This document shows positions 1-8,001 of a DNA stretch of 47,204 nucleotides, in pieces. The DNA is from Flavisolibacter sp. GTDB taxonomy: Bacteria > Bacteroidota > Bacteroidia > Chitinophagales > Chitinophagaceae. The position numbers were made by a program, and so were the translations under genes. The first letter of the stretch is position 1, and each line of letters starts with the position of its first letter. A model generated the notes under the pieces. It was given only the letters and a program-made list of their open reading frames with translations. It made no database searches and was not told the DNA's origin. The stretch spans positions 1 to 47,204 of the forward strand of contig JAGIAB010000001.1 in the NCBI GenBank assembly GCA_017745135.1, in the 5' to 3' direction.

Positions 1-1
1 G

Positions 2-631
2 CCTTATTCCCTGGCCAGCTTCAAATGGGCAGGCCTCGACCCGGCCACCGGTGAACCTATGGGTTATTATAACGGCACTGTCTCCAAAGACTACAGTTCC
101 ATATTGAATAAGGCCACCATGGACGATATCGTTTTCAGTGGTACCACTCGCCCTCCCTATTTTGGAAATTTTATAAACGCATTCTCTTTTGCAGGCTTCA
201 CCCTTACCGCGAACATTTCGTATAAATTTCATTACTGGTTCCGAAGATCGGCGCTGAACTATACCACCTTGTTTGGCCAGTGGCAGGGCAACAAAGAATA
301 TGAACAGCGTTGGCAAAAACCTGGCGATGAGGCCACCACCTCTGTGCCTGCATTGATCTATCCTGCCAACAACAATCGTGACAATTTCTATGTACAGTCT
401 GGCATCACTATAGAAAAAGCTGACCTCCTGAAATTGCAGGACGCAAGCCTTTCCTACACCTTGAATCAAATGCGTATAGGCAAAGCCGTGATAAAATCTT
501 CACAGCTCTATGTATTTGCAACAAATGGCCCTATTCTTTGGCGTGCCAACAAAAAAGGCCTCGATCCCGATTACGGTACGTCCACCCCTCCTTCCTTCAG
601 CATTTCATTCGGCCTCAAAACAACATTCTGA
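2..631 (+). CDS. SusC/RagA-family TonB-dependent outer-membrane receptor, C-terminal part (5' end outside window)
   Basis: Frame is open from position 2 (…FKWAGLDPATGEPMGY…). Has WQKPGDE..T.VP and IEKADLLKLQDASLSY motifs and ends in a beta-signal (FGLKTTF). Immediately followed by SusD. Confidence 0.93.
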   Translation, partial: PYSLASFKWAGLDPATGEPMGYYNGTVSKDYSSILNKATMDDIVFSGTTRPPYFGNFINAFSFAGFTLTANISYKFHYWFRRSALNYTTLFGQWQGNKEYEQRWQKPGDEATTSVPALIYPANNNRDNFYVQSGITIEKADLLKLQDASLSYTLNQMRIGKAVIKSSQLYVFATNGPILWRANKKGLDPDYGTSTPPSFSISFGLKTTF

Positions 632-685
632 TAAAAGCAACAATATTCAATAATGCACTCACTCTCCTGCCATAGGAGAATCGAC

Positions 686-728
686 TTCTCCCCTCTACAT
701 CTCCGATGGAGAGGGGCAGGGGTGAGGT
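686..728. repeat. REP-like palindrome (CCCCTCT…GGAGAGGGG-CAGGGGTGAGG family)
   Basis: ctcccctctacatctccgatggagaggggcaggggtgagg. Same core as the repeats at 2618, 12262, 12891 and 14328. Confidence 0.75.
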
Positions 729-742
729 CAAATCAAACAAAC

Positions 743-2086
743 ATGAAACATCTTACCATACTTCTCATCCTCATCACTTTCACATCCTGTAAAAAATTTC
801 TCGACAAAAAAAACGACAAAGCCCTGGCCGTCCCCTCAACCCTGCAGGATGCTCAGGCGCTTTTAGACAATTACACCATTCCAAATACATTCTATTCATC
901 TGCAGGCGCTCAATCCGACGACGATTATTATCTCGATGATGCCTTCTTTAATACCATGTCTGTTGAAAATCAAAACAACTATACCTGGCAAAAAGAAGCT
1001 TACAATCCCACCCACTGGAATCTTCTTTACAACATTGTTTATTATGCAAACAATGCTTTGGAAACAGTAAACAAAATAAAGCCGGTGTCATATAATCAAA
1101 CAGAGTACAATAGTGTAAAAGGCCAGGCGCTTTTCTTCAGGAGCTATGCCCTTTGGCACATTGCGCAGTATTGGTCGGTACCGTATAATAAGGCCACAGC
1201 TTCTGCTGATTTGGGAATCCCGCTACGACTCAGCACAGACCCCAACATACCCTCCAAACGGTCTTCGGTTGAACAAACCTACGAGCAAATTATAGCTGAT
1301 TTAAAAGAGGCAGCAGCTTTGCTGCCGGTAAATGTACCCATTACTTCACGTCCTTCAAAAGCAGCCGCATTTGGTGCCCTTGCACGCACCTTCTTAACAA
1401 TGCGGGAATATGATATGGCCGGACGATATGCCGATTCCTGCCTTCAGTTGTATAACACCTTAATCAACTACAATACAATCAGTCAAACATCAGCCACACC
1501 ATTCCCTGCTTTTAACAGCGAAGTGATTCTTCAAACACAATTTTCTGGCTATGCAATGCTTACAGCCACCAATTGGAAAGCAGACTCATTCCTATACAAA
1601 TCTTATGATGCAAACGATCTTCGCCGGGCACTGTTTTTTATGCCTAACGGCACAGGGAGCTATGGTTTTAAAGGATCTTACAATGCAATTACTTCAGGAT
1701 CTAACTTCAATGGCATTGCGGTTGATGAAATGTATTTGATAAGAGCAGAGTGCAATGCAAGAGCAGGAAAGAAAGACGCAGCCCTGAATGACCTCAATAC
1801 TTTATTGTTCACAAGGTGGAGATCAAATACCTGGTCTGCGGTCACCGCAACAGATGCAGATGACGCATTGAAAAAAATACTTACCGAAAGAAGAAAGGAG
1901 TTGGTTGGAAGGGGACTTCGCTGGTTGGACCTTCGTCGCCTGAATAAGGAAGCACAATTTCAGAAAACTTTGATTCGGAAAGCAAACGGCACCACGTATA
2001 CACTCCTGCCGGACGATAATCGATACACCTTTTATATCCCCCAATCAGTTATTGACTTTACCGGCATGCCCCAAAATTCTCGCTAA
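743..2086 (+). CDS. RagB/SusD-family outer-membrane lipoprotein
   Basis: Lipoprotein signal MKHLTILLILITFTSC (true start 743; the ORF extension from 653 reads through the REP). Motifs GQALFFR, EMYLIRAEC, ERRKELVGRGLRWLDLRR. Confidence 0.95.
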   Translation: MKHLTILLILITFTSCKKFLDKKNDKALAVPSTLQDAQALLDNYTIPNTFYSSAGAQSDDDYYLDDAFFNTMSVENQNNYTWQKEAYNPTHWNLLYNIVYYANNALETVNKIKPVSYNQTEYNSVKGQALFFRSYALWHIAQYWSVPYNKATASADLGIPLRLSTDPNIPSKRSSVEQTYEQIIADLKEAAALLPVNVPITSRPSKAAAFGALARTFLTMREYDMAGRYADSCLQLYNTLINYNTISQTSATPFPAFNSEVILQTQFSGYAMLTATNWKADSFLYKSYDANDLRRALFFMPNGTGSYGFKGSYNAITSGSNFNGIAVDEMYLIRAECNARAGKKDAALNDLNTLLFTRWRSNTWSAVTATDADDALKKILTERRKELVGRGLRWLDLRRLNKEAQFQKTLIRKANGTTYTLLPDDNRYTFYIPQSVIDFTGMPQNSR

Positions 2087-2087
2087 C

Positions 2088-2117
2088 AAAAAGGCTGGTT
2101 GTTTGAACCAGCCTTTT
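2088..2117. terminator. Bidirectional intrinsic terminator
   Basis: aaaaaggctggtt-gtttg-aaccagcctttt between convergent genes. Confidence 0.85.
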
Positions 2118-2128
2118 AAAATCCAGTT

Positions 2129-2473
2129 TTAATTGTGAAGCTGTACGTTTGCTGACTGCTGTGTAAACAGGCTGCTCTCTGAACTTGCCGATTGCAGCGA
2201 TTTTATTCCGTCTCCGCTTTCCATCGGCTTCGCGGTAGTAATGTCATCACCTTCAATGGTCGATACATCAATCTCCGCACGTACGGCACACAAAGCCCCA
2301 TTGCTGTTACAACCGGGATTGGAAGCTGAATAGGAATAGCTGTCCTGTTTGGTTTTAAGACCACTATTATAAAGGAACCACGCCTCACTTGTCAAAGCTT
2401 CTTTCGGTTGTGTAAATGCACTGAACGCAATACCCGCAGCCAATGCCAGCATTGGCAACAACATTTTTTTCAT
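2129..2473 (-). CDS. Small secreted protein with a C-x6-C pair (DUF6520-like)
   Basis: Signal peptide ending AFSAFT, then W-F-x-Y…GCNSNGALCAV. Context of SusCD and MauE/DoxX matches what I recall for this family. Confidence 0.7.
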   Translation of the reverse strand: MKKMLLPMLALAAGIAFSAFTQPKEALTSEAWFLYNSGLKTKQDSYSYSASNPGCNSNGALCAVRAEIDVSTIEGDDITTAKPMESGDGIKSLQSASSESSLFTQQSANVQLHN

Positions 2474-2498
2474 AACAAAATTTTTAAAAAAATAAATC

Positions 2499-2536
2499 TG
2501 CCTACTCTCTTCTGCAGGTTTTCGGCTTCCCCTGTT
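2499..2536 (-). ncRNA. Candidate H-type pseudoknot in the 5' leader of the small secreted protein
   Basis: Minus strand CAGG-GGAA-GCC-GAAAA-CCUG-CAGAAGAGAGUA-GGC: CAGG/CCUG and GCC/GGC pair in crossed order. Confidence 0.35.
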
Positions 2537-2553
2537 ATGCGCATAATATTTTG

Positions 2554-2580
2554 CTGCTATCGTTAGTTTGCAACTAACGA
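2554..2580. repeat. Short hairpin repeat GCTAT-CCGTAGT-n-ACTACG (copy 1 of about 7)
   Basis: Related copies at ~2775, 3299, 4560, 5027, 5536 and (inverted) 45572. Confidence 0.7.
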
Positions 2581-2617
2581 CCTATAATCTCCTTATCCTT
2601 CCACCTGAACGACTCCA

Positions 2618-2753
2618 CATCCCCTCCTCGGAGGGGCCGCAGCATCTGACCTTAAGGAAATCTCGAACGGGGTGGGTTTATATTCAGAACAAACCCACCC
2701 CGGGCCGTTTATAGCACAACAACTCTTTAATTCGCCCCTCCAGGGAGGGGATG
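2618..2753. repeat. Inverted REP doublet (REPIN-like), CCCCTCC…GGAGGGG family
   Basis: cat-cccctcctcggagggg…cggggtgggttt [11 nt] aaacccaccccg…cccctccagggagggg-atg. Confidence 0.8.
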
Positions 2754-2774
2754 GTTTTCCTAAACACAACTCGT

Positions 2775-3326
2775 CTGCTATCCGTAGTCTGCGACTACGA
2801 ATAATTGTCTACTACAGATAAATGCCTCTCCATAATTCGTATACCTGTAACAGTTACCACGATCCCTGCTATCCATTTTTTTAATCTCGAATAATCCTCC
2901 TGCTGTCACTAGTCCACATTGAACGTCTTCCGCAACAACCAAAGCCAACTCCAACTTACCTTCACCACCACCTCAAACTAAAGAACTCGTCCAGTGCCTT
3001 ATTTTTTGCCGGATAAAGTATTCGGCAACTATAATCTCAGTGGCAAAAAATAGAGCACCTCCAGGAAACCGCGAATAACACGAAGCGGAGTCTTACACCT
3101 AAAGCCCTTCGAATAAAACTCTCTCCCACCGGCAGTTCGTCATAGGAAAACTTCCACCTAAAGACTTCCCCGCATCGAATCCCGACGCAGGAGGGATCGC
3201 CAATGCTAAAAAACAATAAATATCCAGTTGGCAACTGCCTTGATTTTTTTGTTACTTTTTGTATCAAGACAAAAAGTAAATAACATTATAACAAATCTCT
3301 GCTATCTGTAGTCTGCAACTACTAAT
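2775..3326. repeat. ~530-550-nt structured non-coding element, copy 1
   Basis: Colinear diverged direct repeat of 5027-5557, with conserved stems and frame-breaking indels. Confidence 0.88.
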
Positions 3327-3328
3327 TA

Positions 3329-3745
3329 TCATTCTACAAATGACCACCTCCTCACGCTTCGTATACCAATAACAGTTAGCCAAATAAAAACAGCATTAAA
3401 AAAAATATGCTGCTTCCAGCTCATACTACTGATCACCCCACCACAACTGCACGGCAACTTCGGCACCACCAAAACCATATACACCAAATACACGGTAAAC
3501 AATAGCAGCAACACCAGCGAAGCATACAACCCAATCAGCCTTGTTCGCTCAAAAAGAAGGAGCAGCACAATCAATAGCTCCGCTAGTGGCAGCAGAATAG
3601 CTACGATGCCTGCTCCCCGTCCAATCAAAGGAATCTTCGATAGTACCGCAGCAAAACCCTTACTGTCCAAAAGCTTGCTGCTTCCCGTATAAGCAAATAA
3701 AAAAATGAGAAGGATTGAAATAAAAAAAGCGGCATTGAGTTTCAT
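3329..3745 (-). CDS. MauE/DoxX-family redox-associated membrane protein
   Basis: Four TM segments; LFAYTGSSKL, E, FTVYL and PCSCGG…SMSWKQHIFFN motifs. Confidence 0.9.
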   Translation of the reverse strand: MKLNAAFFISILLIFLFAYTGSSKLLDSKGFAAVLSKIPLIGRGAGIVAILLPLAELLIVLLLLFERTRLIGLYASLVLLLLFTVYLVYMVLVVPKLPCSCGGVISSMSWKQHIFFNAVFIWLTVIGIRSVRRWSFVE

Positions 3746-3794
3746 GTTGATTCTTTCATGAAAGCACCAGCCACTTGATGCAGAAAAAAATAGG

Positions 3795-3992
3795 GTAATG
3801 ATCTACAACCCGGGACAAAGCCCTCTGCAAAGTTTATTTCACGCTGAGACGCAGAGGACATAGAGGAAAATTTTGGTTTTTTACTCTTACAAACGGCTTG
3901 CGCAGATACAAAATCTAACAATTTAAAAGATCTCTCTGCGTTCTCCTTTTCTCAGCGTGAAATTTATCTTGTCCCCAATGGTAGATCATTAC
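3795..3992. mobile_element. MITE-like nested inverted repeat
   Basis: Nested IRs gtaatgatctac/gtagatcattac, gggacaa/ttgtccc, tttcacgctgaga/tctcagcgtgaaa, acgcagag/ctctgcgt. Confidence 0.7.
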
Positions 3993-4241
3993 TTAAATAG
4001 ATATCCTAAAGTTCAACTACAATACCACCAAAAACAAAAAAATCAGCTCTGCAATCCGTATAAAAAAACTCTGCACTTGAATAAAAATTAGGTAAAATAA
4101 TTTGTCACTTAGCATACTTGCCGGAAAGACAACGAACAAAGCGATAAGCCGCAGTAAAAATTTACAAATCCACCCTTGAAACAAACTTCCATCAGCATTT
4201 CACTTCCGGATTAGTATTTAGAATTACATAACCCCAATCAA

Positions 4242-4530
4242 CTGTCATCCCTAAGGAGCAGCGAAATGCTTTTAATTTACACAAATGTCCAAGCGACTGA
4301 GGGATCTGCCCCTGATGGAACCTACGCTCCGTAGACGAAGTTTTCTCCTCGACCCATCCTTGTAAACACAATTGAGCATTCTCTAGTCTCGTCGAAATGA
4401 CAGTGACCGAAAGAGCCAGCTTCGTAGTGCATGGGTAGTAGAATGAAAATGCCCCACCTTACCTGTCATTTCGAAGGAGCAACGAGATGCTTTTAATTTA
4501 GGCAAACGCCTAAGCGACTGAGAAAACTCA
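4242..4530. repeat. TGTCAT…ATGACA-type REP cluster (three arms)
   Basis: ctgtcatccctaaggagcagcg…gcgactgagggatct; agttttctc…cgaaatgacag; ctgtcatttcgaaggagcaacg…gcgactgagaaaact. Confidence 0.75.
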
Positions 4531-4603
4531 CTCCAACGAAGCAGACCTAAATCCTTACCCTATGGCAGCCTGCAACTACGGATGCTTCAGCTTATCTGGA
4601 ATT

Positions 4604-4942
4604 TCAGTTCCTTTCCTCTCCCGGCCTCACCCCAAAAAACTTCTTATACGCACTCGAAAAATTCCTCGCCTTCGAATAGCCGCAAAGCATAGCAATTTCC
4701 TTTATGCTCTTATCGCTGTTTCTCAGCAAAACCCTTCCCTGCTTCATCCTCGCTTCGTGTATATAGGCACCAACAGGCATTTCAAATAGGGTATAAAATC
4801 CGTCCTTAAATTTTTGAATGCCTAACGCCGCTCTCCTCGCCAGTTGTTCAACGGTAAATTGCTGATCGAGATGATTCAGCAAATACATTTTTACGGAATG
4901 AATACGCTCTCGCTCTTCCCTTGTAAGTTCTTTCGGGCTCAT
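4604..4942 (-). CDS. Stand-alone AraC-family DNA-binding domain (MarA/SoxS-like architecture)
   Basis: About 112 aa; TVEQLARRAAL…F…ARM..GR.LL…IKEIAMLCGYSKARNFSSAYKKFFGVRP; no effector domain. Confidence 0.92.
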   Translation of the reverse strand: MSPKELTREERERIHSVKMYLLNHLDQQFTVEQLARRAALGIQKFKDGFYTLFEMPVGAYIHEARMKQGRVLLRNSDKSIKEIAMLCGYSKARNFSSAYKKFFGVRPGEERN

Positions 4943-5000
4943 AAGCAAACTGCAGATTTAACTAGCTTATGAAAAATAAAAGAGGCCACGGCTGCAAACA

Positions 5001-5020
5001 ACAGGGTTTACTTGGTTTTT
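5001..5020. promoter_or_regulatory. Putative response-regulator operator upstream of the AraC gene
   Basis: acagggtttacttggttttt, 19/20 identical to 8002-8021. Confidence 0.6.
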
Positions 5021-5026
5021 ATCATC

Positions 5027-5557
5027 GCTATCCGTAGTGCGGCTACAGATAATTGTCTACTACAGATAAATGCCTCTCCATACTTCGTATGCCTGTAATA
5101 GTTACCGCGATCCCTGCTATCCGTTTTTTAATCTCGAACAATCCTCTTGCTGTTACTAGTCTATATTGAACGGCCTGCCATCTTCCGCAACAAACAAAGC
5201 CAACACCAACTTACCTTCATGCCACCCCCTCTAATCTAAAGAACTCGTCCAGTGCCTTATTTTTTGCCGGATAAATTCTACGGCAACTACAATCTTAGTG
5301 GCAAAAAATACAGCACCCCAAGAAACTCCAAATAGCACGCAGCGAAGTCTCACACCTAAAGCCCTTCCAATAAAACTCTCTCCCCACTGGCAGTTCGTCA
5401 TAGGAACACTACGAGCTAAAGAATCTCCCGCATCCCTGCCTGACTGCGTCGGCAGGCAGGGAACTGCCTTGTCCCGATAGCTACCGGGATTGGTTACTTT
5501 TCTTTCAAGAGAAAAGTAACAGAAACAAACTGGTTTCCTTAGTCTTCGACTACGGAT
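5027..5557. repeat. ~530-nt structured non-coding element, copy 2
   Basis: Diverged direct repeat of 2775-3326. Confidence 0.88.
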
Positions 5558-5572
5558 CCTTTAAACTGGCCA

Positions 5573-6220
5573 TTATGGCCTGAACAAGCCGCAGCGTATT
5601 GCATAAATAACTACACCCGCCATATTCTTCACTCCCATCTTGCCATAGATCTTGTTCCGGTAACTCTCAATGGTCTTCAGGCCCAGATACATTTTCTCGC
5701 CAATCTCCTTGCTCGAAAATTGCTGGCAAATCAGTTGAACAATTTTCTTCTCATTTTCTGTAAACATACCCGCATCTTCCTTCCTGCTCATCTCTAATTT
5801 ACTGTCTGCAATTTTTTTCATAAGCTTCATCGACGTGCTTTCACAGAAGTACATACCGTTGGCATGCACCGCATGAATCGCTTCAACAATCTTCTCCCTT
5901 GACGAGCTTTTAAGCAAATAACCCTTTGCTCCCGCTTCAAGCATATCTACAATCAAATAATCATCCGGGAACGCAGTCAACGCAACCACTTTGATCTCGG
6001 GATAACATCCCTGTAATTCCCTGGTGAGTTCAACCCCATCCATTTGGGGCATCTCGATATCGGTAATAATGACATCAGGCTTTTTTGTAAGTACCAGGTC
6101 CATTACTTCCAGTCCGTTGGCGGCTTCTCCGGTAATAGAAATCTCGGCATCATCCTGCAGCAGCATGCGCAGCCCGTCGCGGTACAATGCCTGGTCCTCG
6201 GCAATAATTACTTTAATCAT
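5573..6220 (-). CDS. NarL/LuxR-family response regulator
   Basis: REC domain (IAEDQ, TDIEMP, GAKGYLLK) plus LuxR HTH (SKEIGEKMYLGLKTIESYRNKI). Confidence 0.96.
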   Translation of the reverse strand: MIKVIIAEDQALYRDGLRMLLQDDAEISITGEAANGLEVMDLVLTKKPDVIITDIEMPQMDGVELTRELQGCYPEIKVVALTAFPDDYLIVDMLEAGAKGYLLKSSSREKIVEAIHAVHANGMYFCESTSMKLMKKIADSKLEMSRKEDAGMFTENEKKIVQLICQQFSSKEIGEKMYLGLKTIESYRNKIYGKMGVKNMAGVVIYAIRCGLFRP

Positions 6221-6223
6221 AGA

Positions 6224-6973
6224 TCATTGGGTTAATGGAAATTCAAAAAAATATTCAGTCCCGCTTTTCGCATCCGACCGAAATTTCATTTTCCCGAATA
6301 AGATCTCGCACCGGTTCCGGATGCTGCCGCTGCCATGCCCGCCACCCTCACCCGGCATTTGCGGCGAAAATCCCCTGCCGTCATCATGGCAAAAAAGATA
6401 AAGCCTTTGCTTCCGTTCTTTTATTTGCACTTCCAGCGTCCGGGCACCGGAGTGTTTTACGGTGTTATGGGCAATCTCCTGTACAATGCGGTAGATGTGC
6501 AGGCTCTTGTTGATATCAACCGCAGTTTTTACATCGTACCTGAAATTGATGGCAATCCCGTAGGCATCCCTTAAATCATCCAGGAACTGTTCAATAGTGA
6601 AGCGCAATCCTTTTTTGAACAGCGAACCCGGTGTAATGTTGATGGCAATTTGCCCCATTCGCCCCAATACCCTGTCCAGGTTTTCGCTGGCCTTCTGAAT
6701 ATGCAAAGCCTCCGTTTCGTCTGCCGGCTTTAACTGCTGAATATGCGACTTACTCAAACTCAAAAGAGGTCCCACCTCATCATGCAAGTCGCGGGCGATC
6801 CGCATTTTTTCTTTTTCAAGCAGGTTCACCTCGTCCAAAAAATATCCTCGTTGCAGGTTAATATACTTTCGTTGCTGCCTGAAAACCGAAAGGGCAAAAT
6901 AGACGATGATGCAGCCCAGTACCAGGACCGTGGTCAGTATCGCAGTATATATCGAGGTCTCATAGGTATCCAT
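6224..6973 (-). CDS. HisKA_3 histidine kinase with one TM helix and no sensor domain
   Basis: RIARDLHDEVG H-box; YRIVQEIAHNTVKHS; DDGRGF; GHG. Confidence 0.95.
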   Translation of the reverse strand: MDTYETSIYTAILTTVLVLGCIIVYFALSVFRQQRKYINLQRGYFLDEVNLLEKEKMRIARDLHDEVGPLLSLSKSHIQQLKPADETEALHIQKASENLDRVLGRMGQIAINITPGSLFKKGLRFTIEQFLDDLRDAYGIAINFRYDVKTAVDINKSLHIYRIVQEIAHNTVKHSGARTLEVQIKERKQRLYLFCHDDGRGFSPQMPGEGGGHGSGSIRNRCEILFGKMKFRSDAKSGTEYFFEFPLTQ

Positions 6974-7584
6974 AAATAACCAAAGGCAAATAATAGATTG
7001 GTAAGAAAATTAATATACGATAAAATTTCGAAAATCCTGAGCCGGAACGTCCTCTGGTTGCTCAATCCAACAAGCCAGAAGGCTTCCACAAGAATGGCAT
7101 AGGTAAAAAAGAAGATCAGGGCAAGGCAAAAGATAAACACAGGCTGCTTAAATAAAGCAGTCGTTTCTTTCAGTGCAACCATATTGATGGTGGTAATGCT
7201 CATCATCACCAGTAAAAACGAATGCCCCATCACAAAATAGGAGTTGAACGTTTTAATGGACAGGAACACGCTTTCAACCAGCCACAAAACAATAATGCCC
7301 GCCTGCAAAAAATAGTAGGCCCTTTTACGCTGCCCAAACAAACCCCATTTTAAAAATTGCCAGGTCAGGAGCACCGTTTCAATTAAGCCGAATACATTAT
7401 AGCTGATCACGGTATAGTGTCCCCTGTAAGCCAGTACAATCCCGATGCATTCGTTAATAAAGCCCAGGCTCAGGTAAAGCAGCAATGGTAAAAAGGCCGG
7501 GGCGGTCTTATGAAACCTTACCCAGCCAATAACAACACTTACTACAATGCTCAGGCTAAAAACAGCATTCAGTTCAAAACTCAT
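6934..7584 (-). CDS. Multi-pass (about 7 TM) membrane protein, probable sensor partner of the kinase
   Basis: About 7 hydrophobic segments; overlaps the kinase start by 40 bp. Confidence 0.8.
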   Translation of the reverse strand: MSFELNAVFSLSIVVSVVIGWVRFHKTAPAFLPLLLYLSLGFINECIGIVLAYRGHYTVISYNVFGLIETVLLTWQFLKWGLFGQRKRAYYFLQAGIIVLWLVESVFLSIKTFNSYFVMGHSFLLVMMSITTINMVALKETTALFKQPVFIFCLALIFFFTYAILVEAFWLVGLSNQRTFRLRIFEILSYINFLTNLLFAFGYLWIPMRPRYILRY

Positions 7585-7594
7585 AATTAAGGTC

Positions 7595-7951
7595 TTAGTT
7601 CGTCAGTGGTGATGCCGAGGGACAGAGTTTCGGGCACCGGGTTCCGTTTTCAAGAATATAAGGCTCTTCTTCCGTCGTCGCTAATGCCAGAGAGGGTAAA
7701 ATATCTTCGTCGTCTTCATTAACTCCTACAATAATAGTATGGATTTTCAAATTCTCATCCATACCAAAATAGATCCGCAGGCCTTTGGCGCCCTCCTCGC
7801 CGAGCAAAGCATCAAATGCAGCCCTGTCAAAGGTTTCGCTGAAGGGCAAAACGTCTTGATCCTGGTAGTCCGGTTTCAAAATGCTTTCACGGTAGTTGCG
7901 AAACCGGGTGGTCATTTCAATGGCTGTTGTCAGGGAAATAAAATGTTCCAT
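7595..7951 (-). CDS. Uncharacterised acidic protein with a C-terminal CPxxC motif
   Basis: GLRIYFG…IIVGV…D…ENGTRCPKLCP; probable start MEHFIS at 7951; first gene of the operon; no signal peptide. Confidence 0.85.
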   Translation of the reverse strand: MEHFISLTTAIEMTTRFRNYRESILKPDYQDQDVLPFSETFDRAAFDALLGEEGAKGLRIYFGMDENLKIHTIIVGVNEDDEDILPSLALATTEEEPYILENGTRCPKLCPSASPLTN

Positions 7952-8001
7952 AGTGCATAAATTTTGTACTGCCAAAATCACAATTTGGCGGCGCTGCCCC
8001 T

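Noticed and set aside
653-742. N-terminal extension of the SusD ORF
   Set aside because: It translates a REP palindrome; the lipoprotein signal starts at 743.
3037-3267. 76-aa ORF (and 5298-5480) inside the duplicated element
   Set aside because: Not preserved between the two copies; single-base indels break the frames.
2554-5557. CRISPR array from the recurring short hairpin
   Set aside because: Spacing is irregular (200-1250 nt), copies are degenerate and there are no cas genes.
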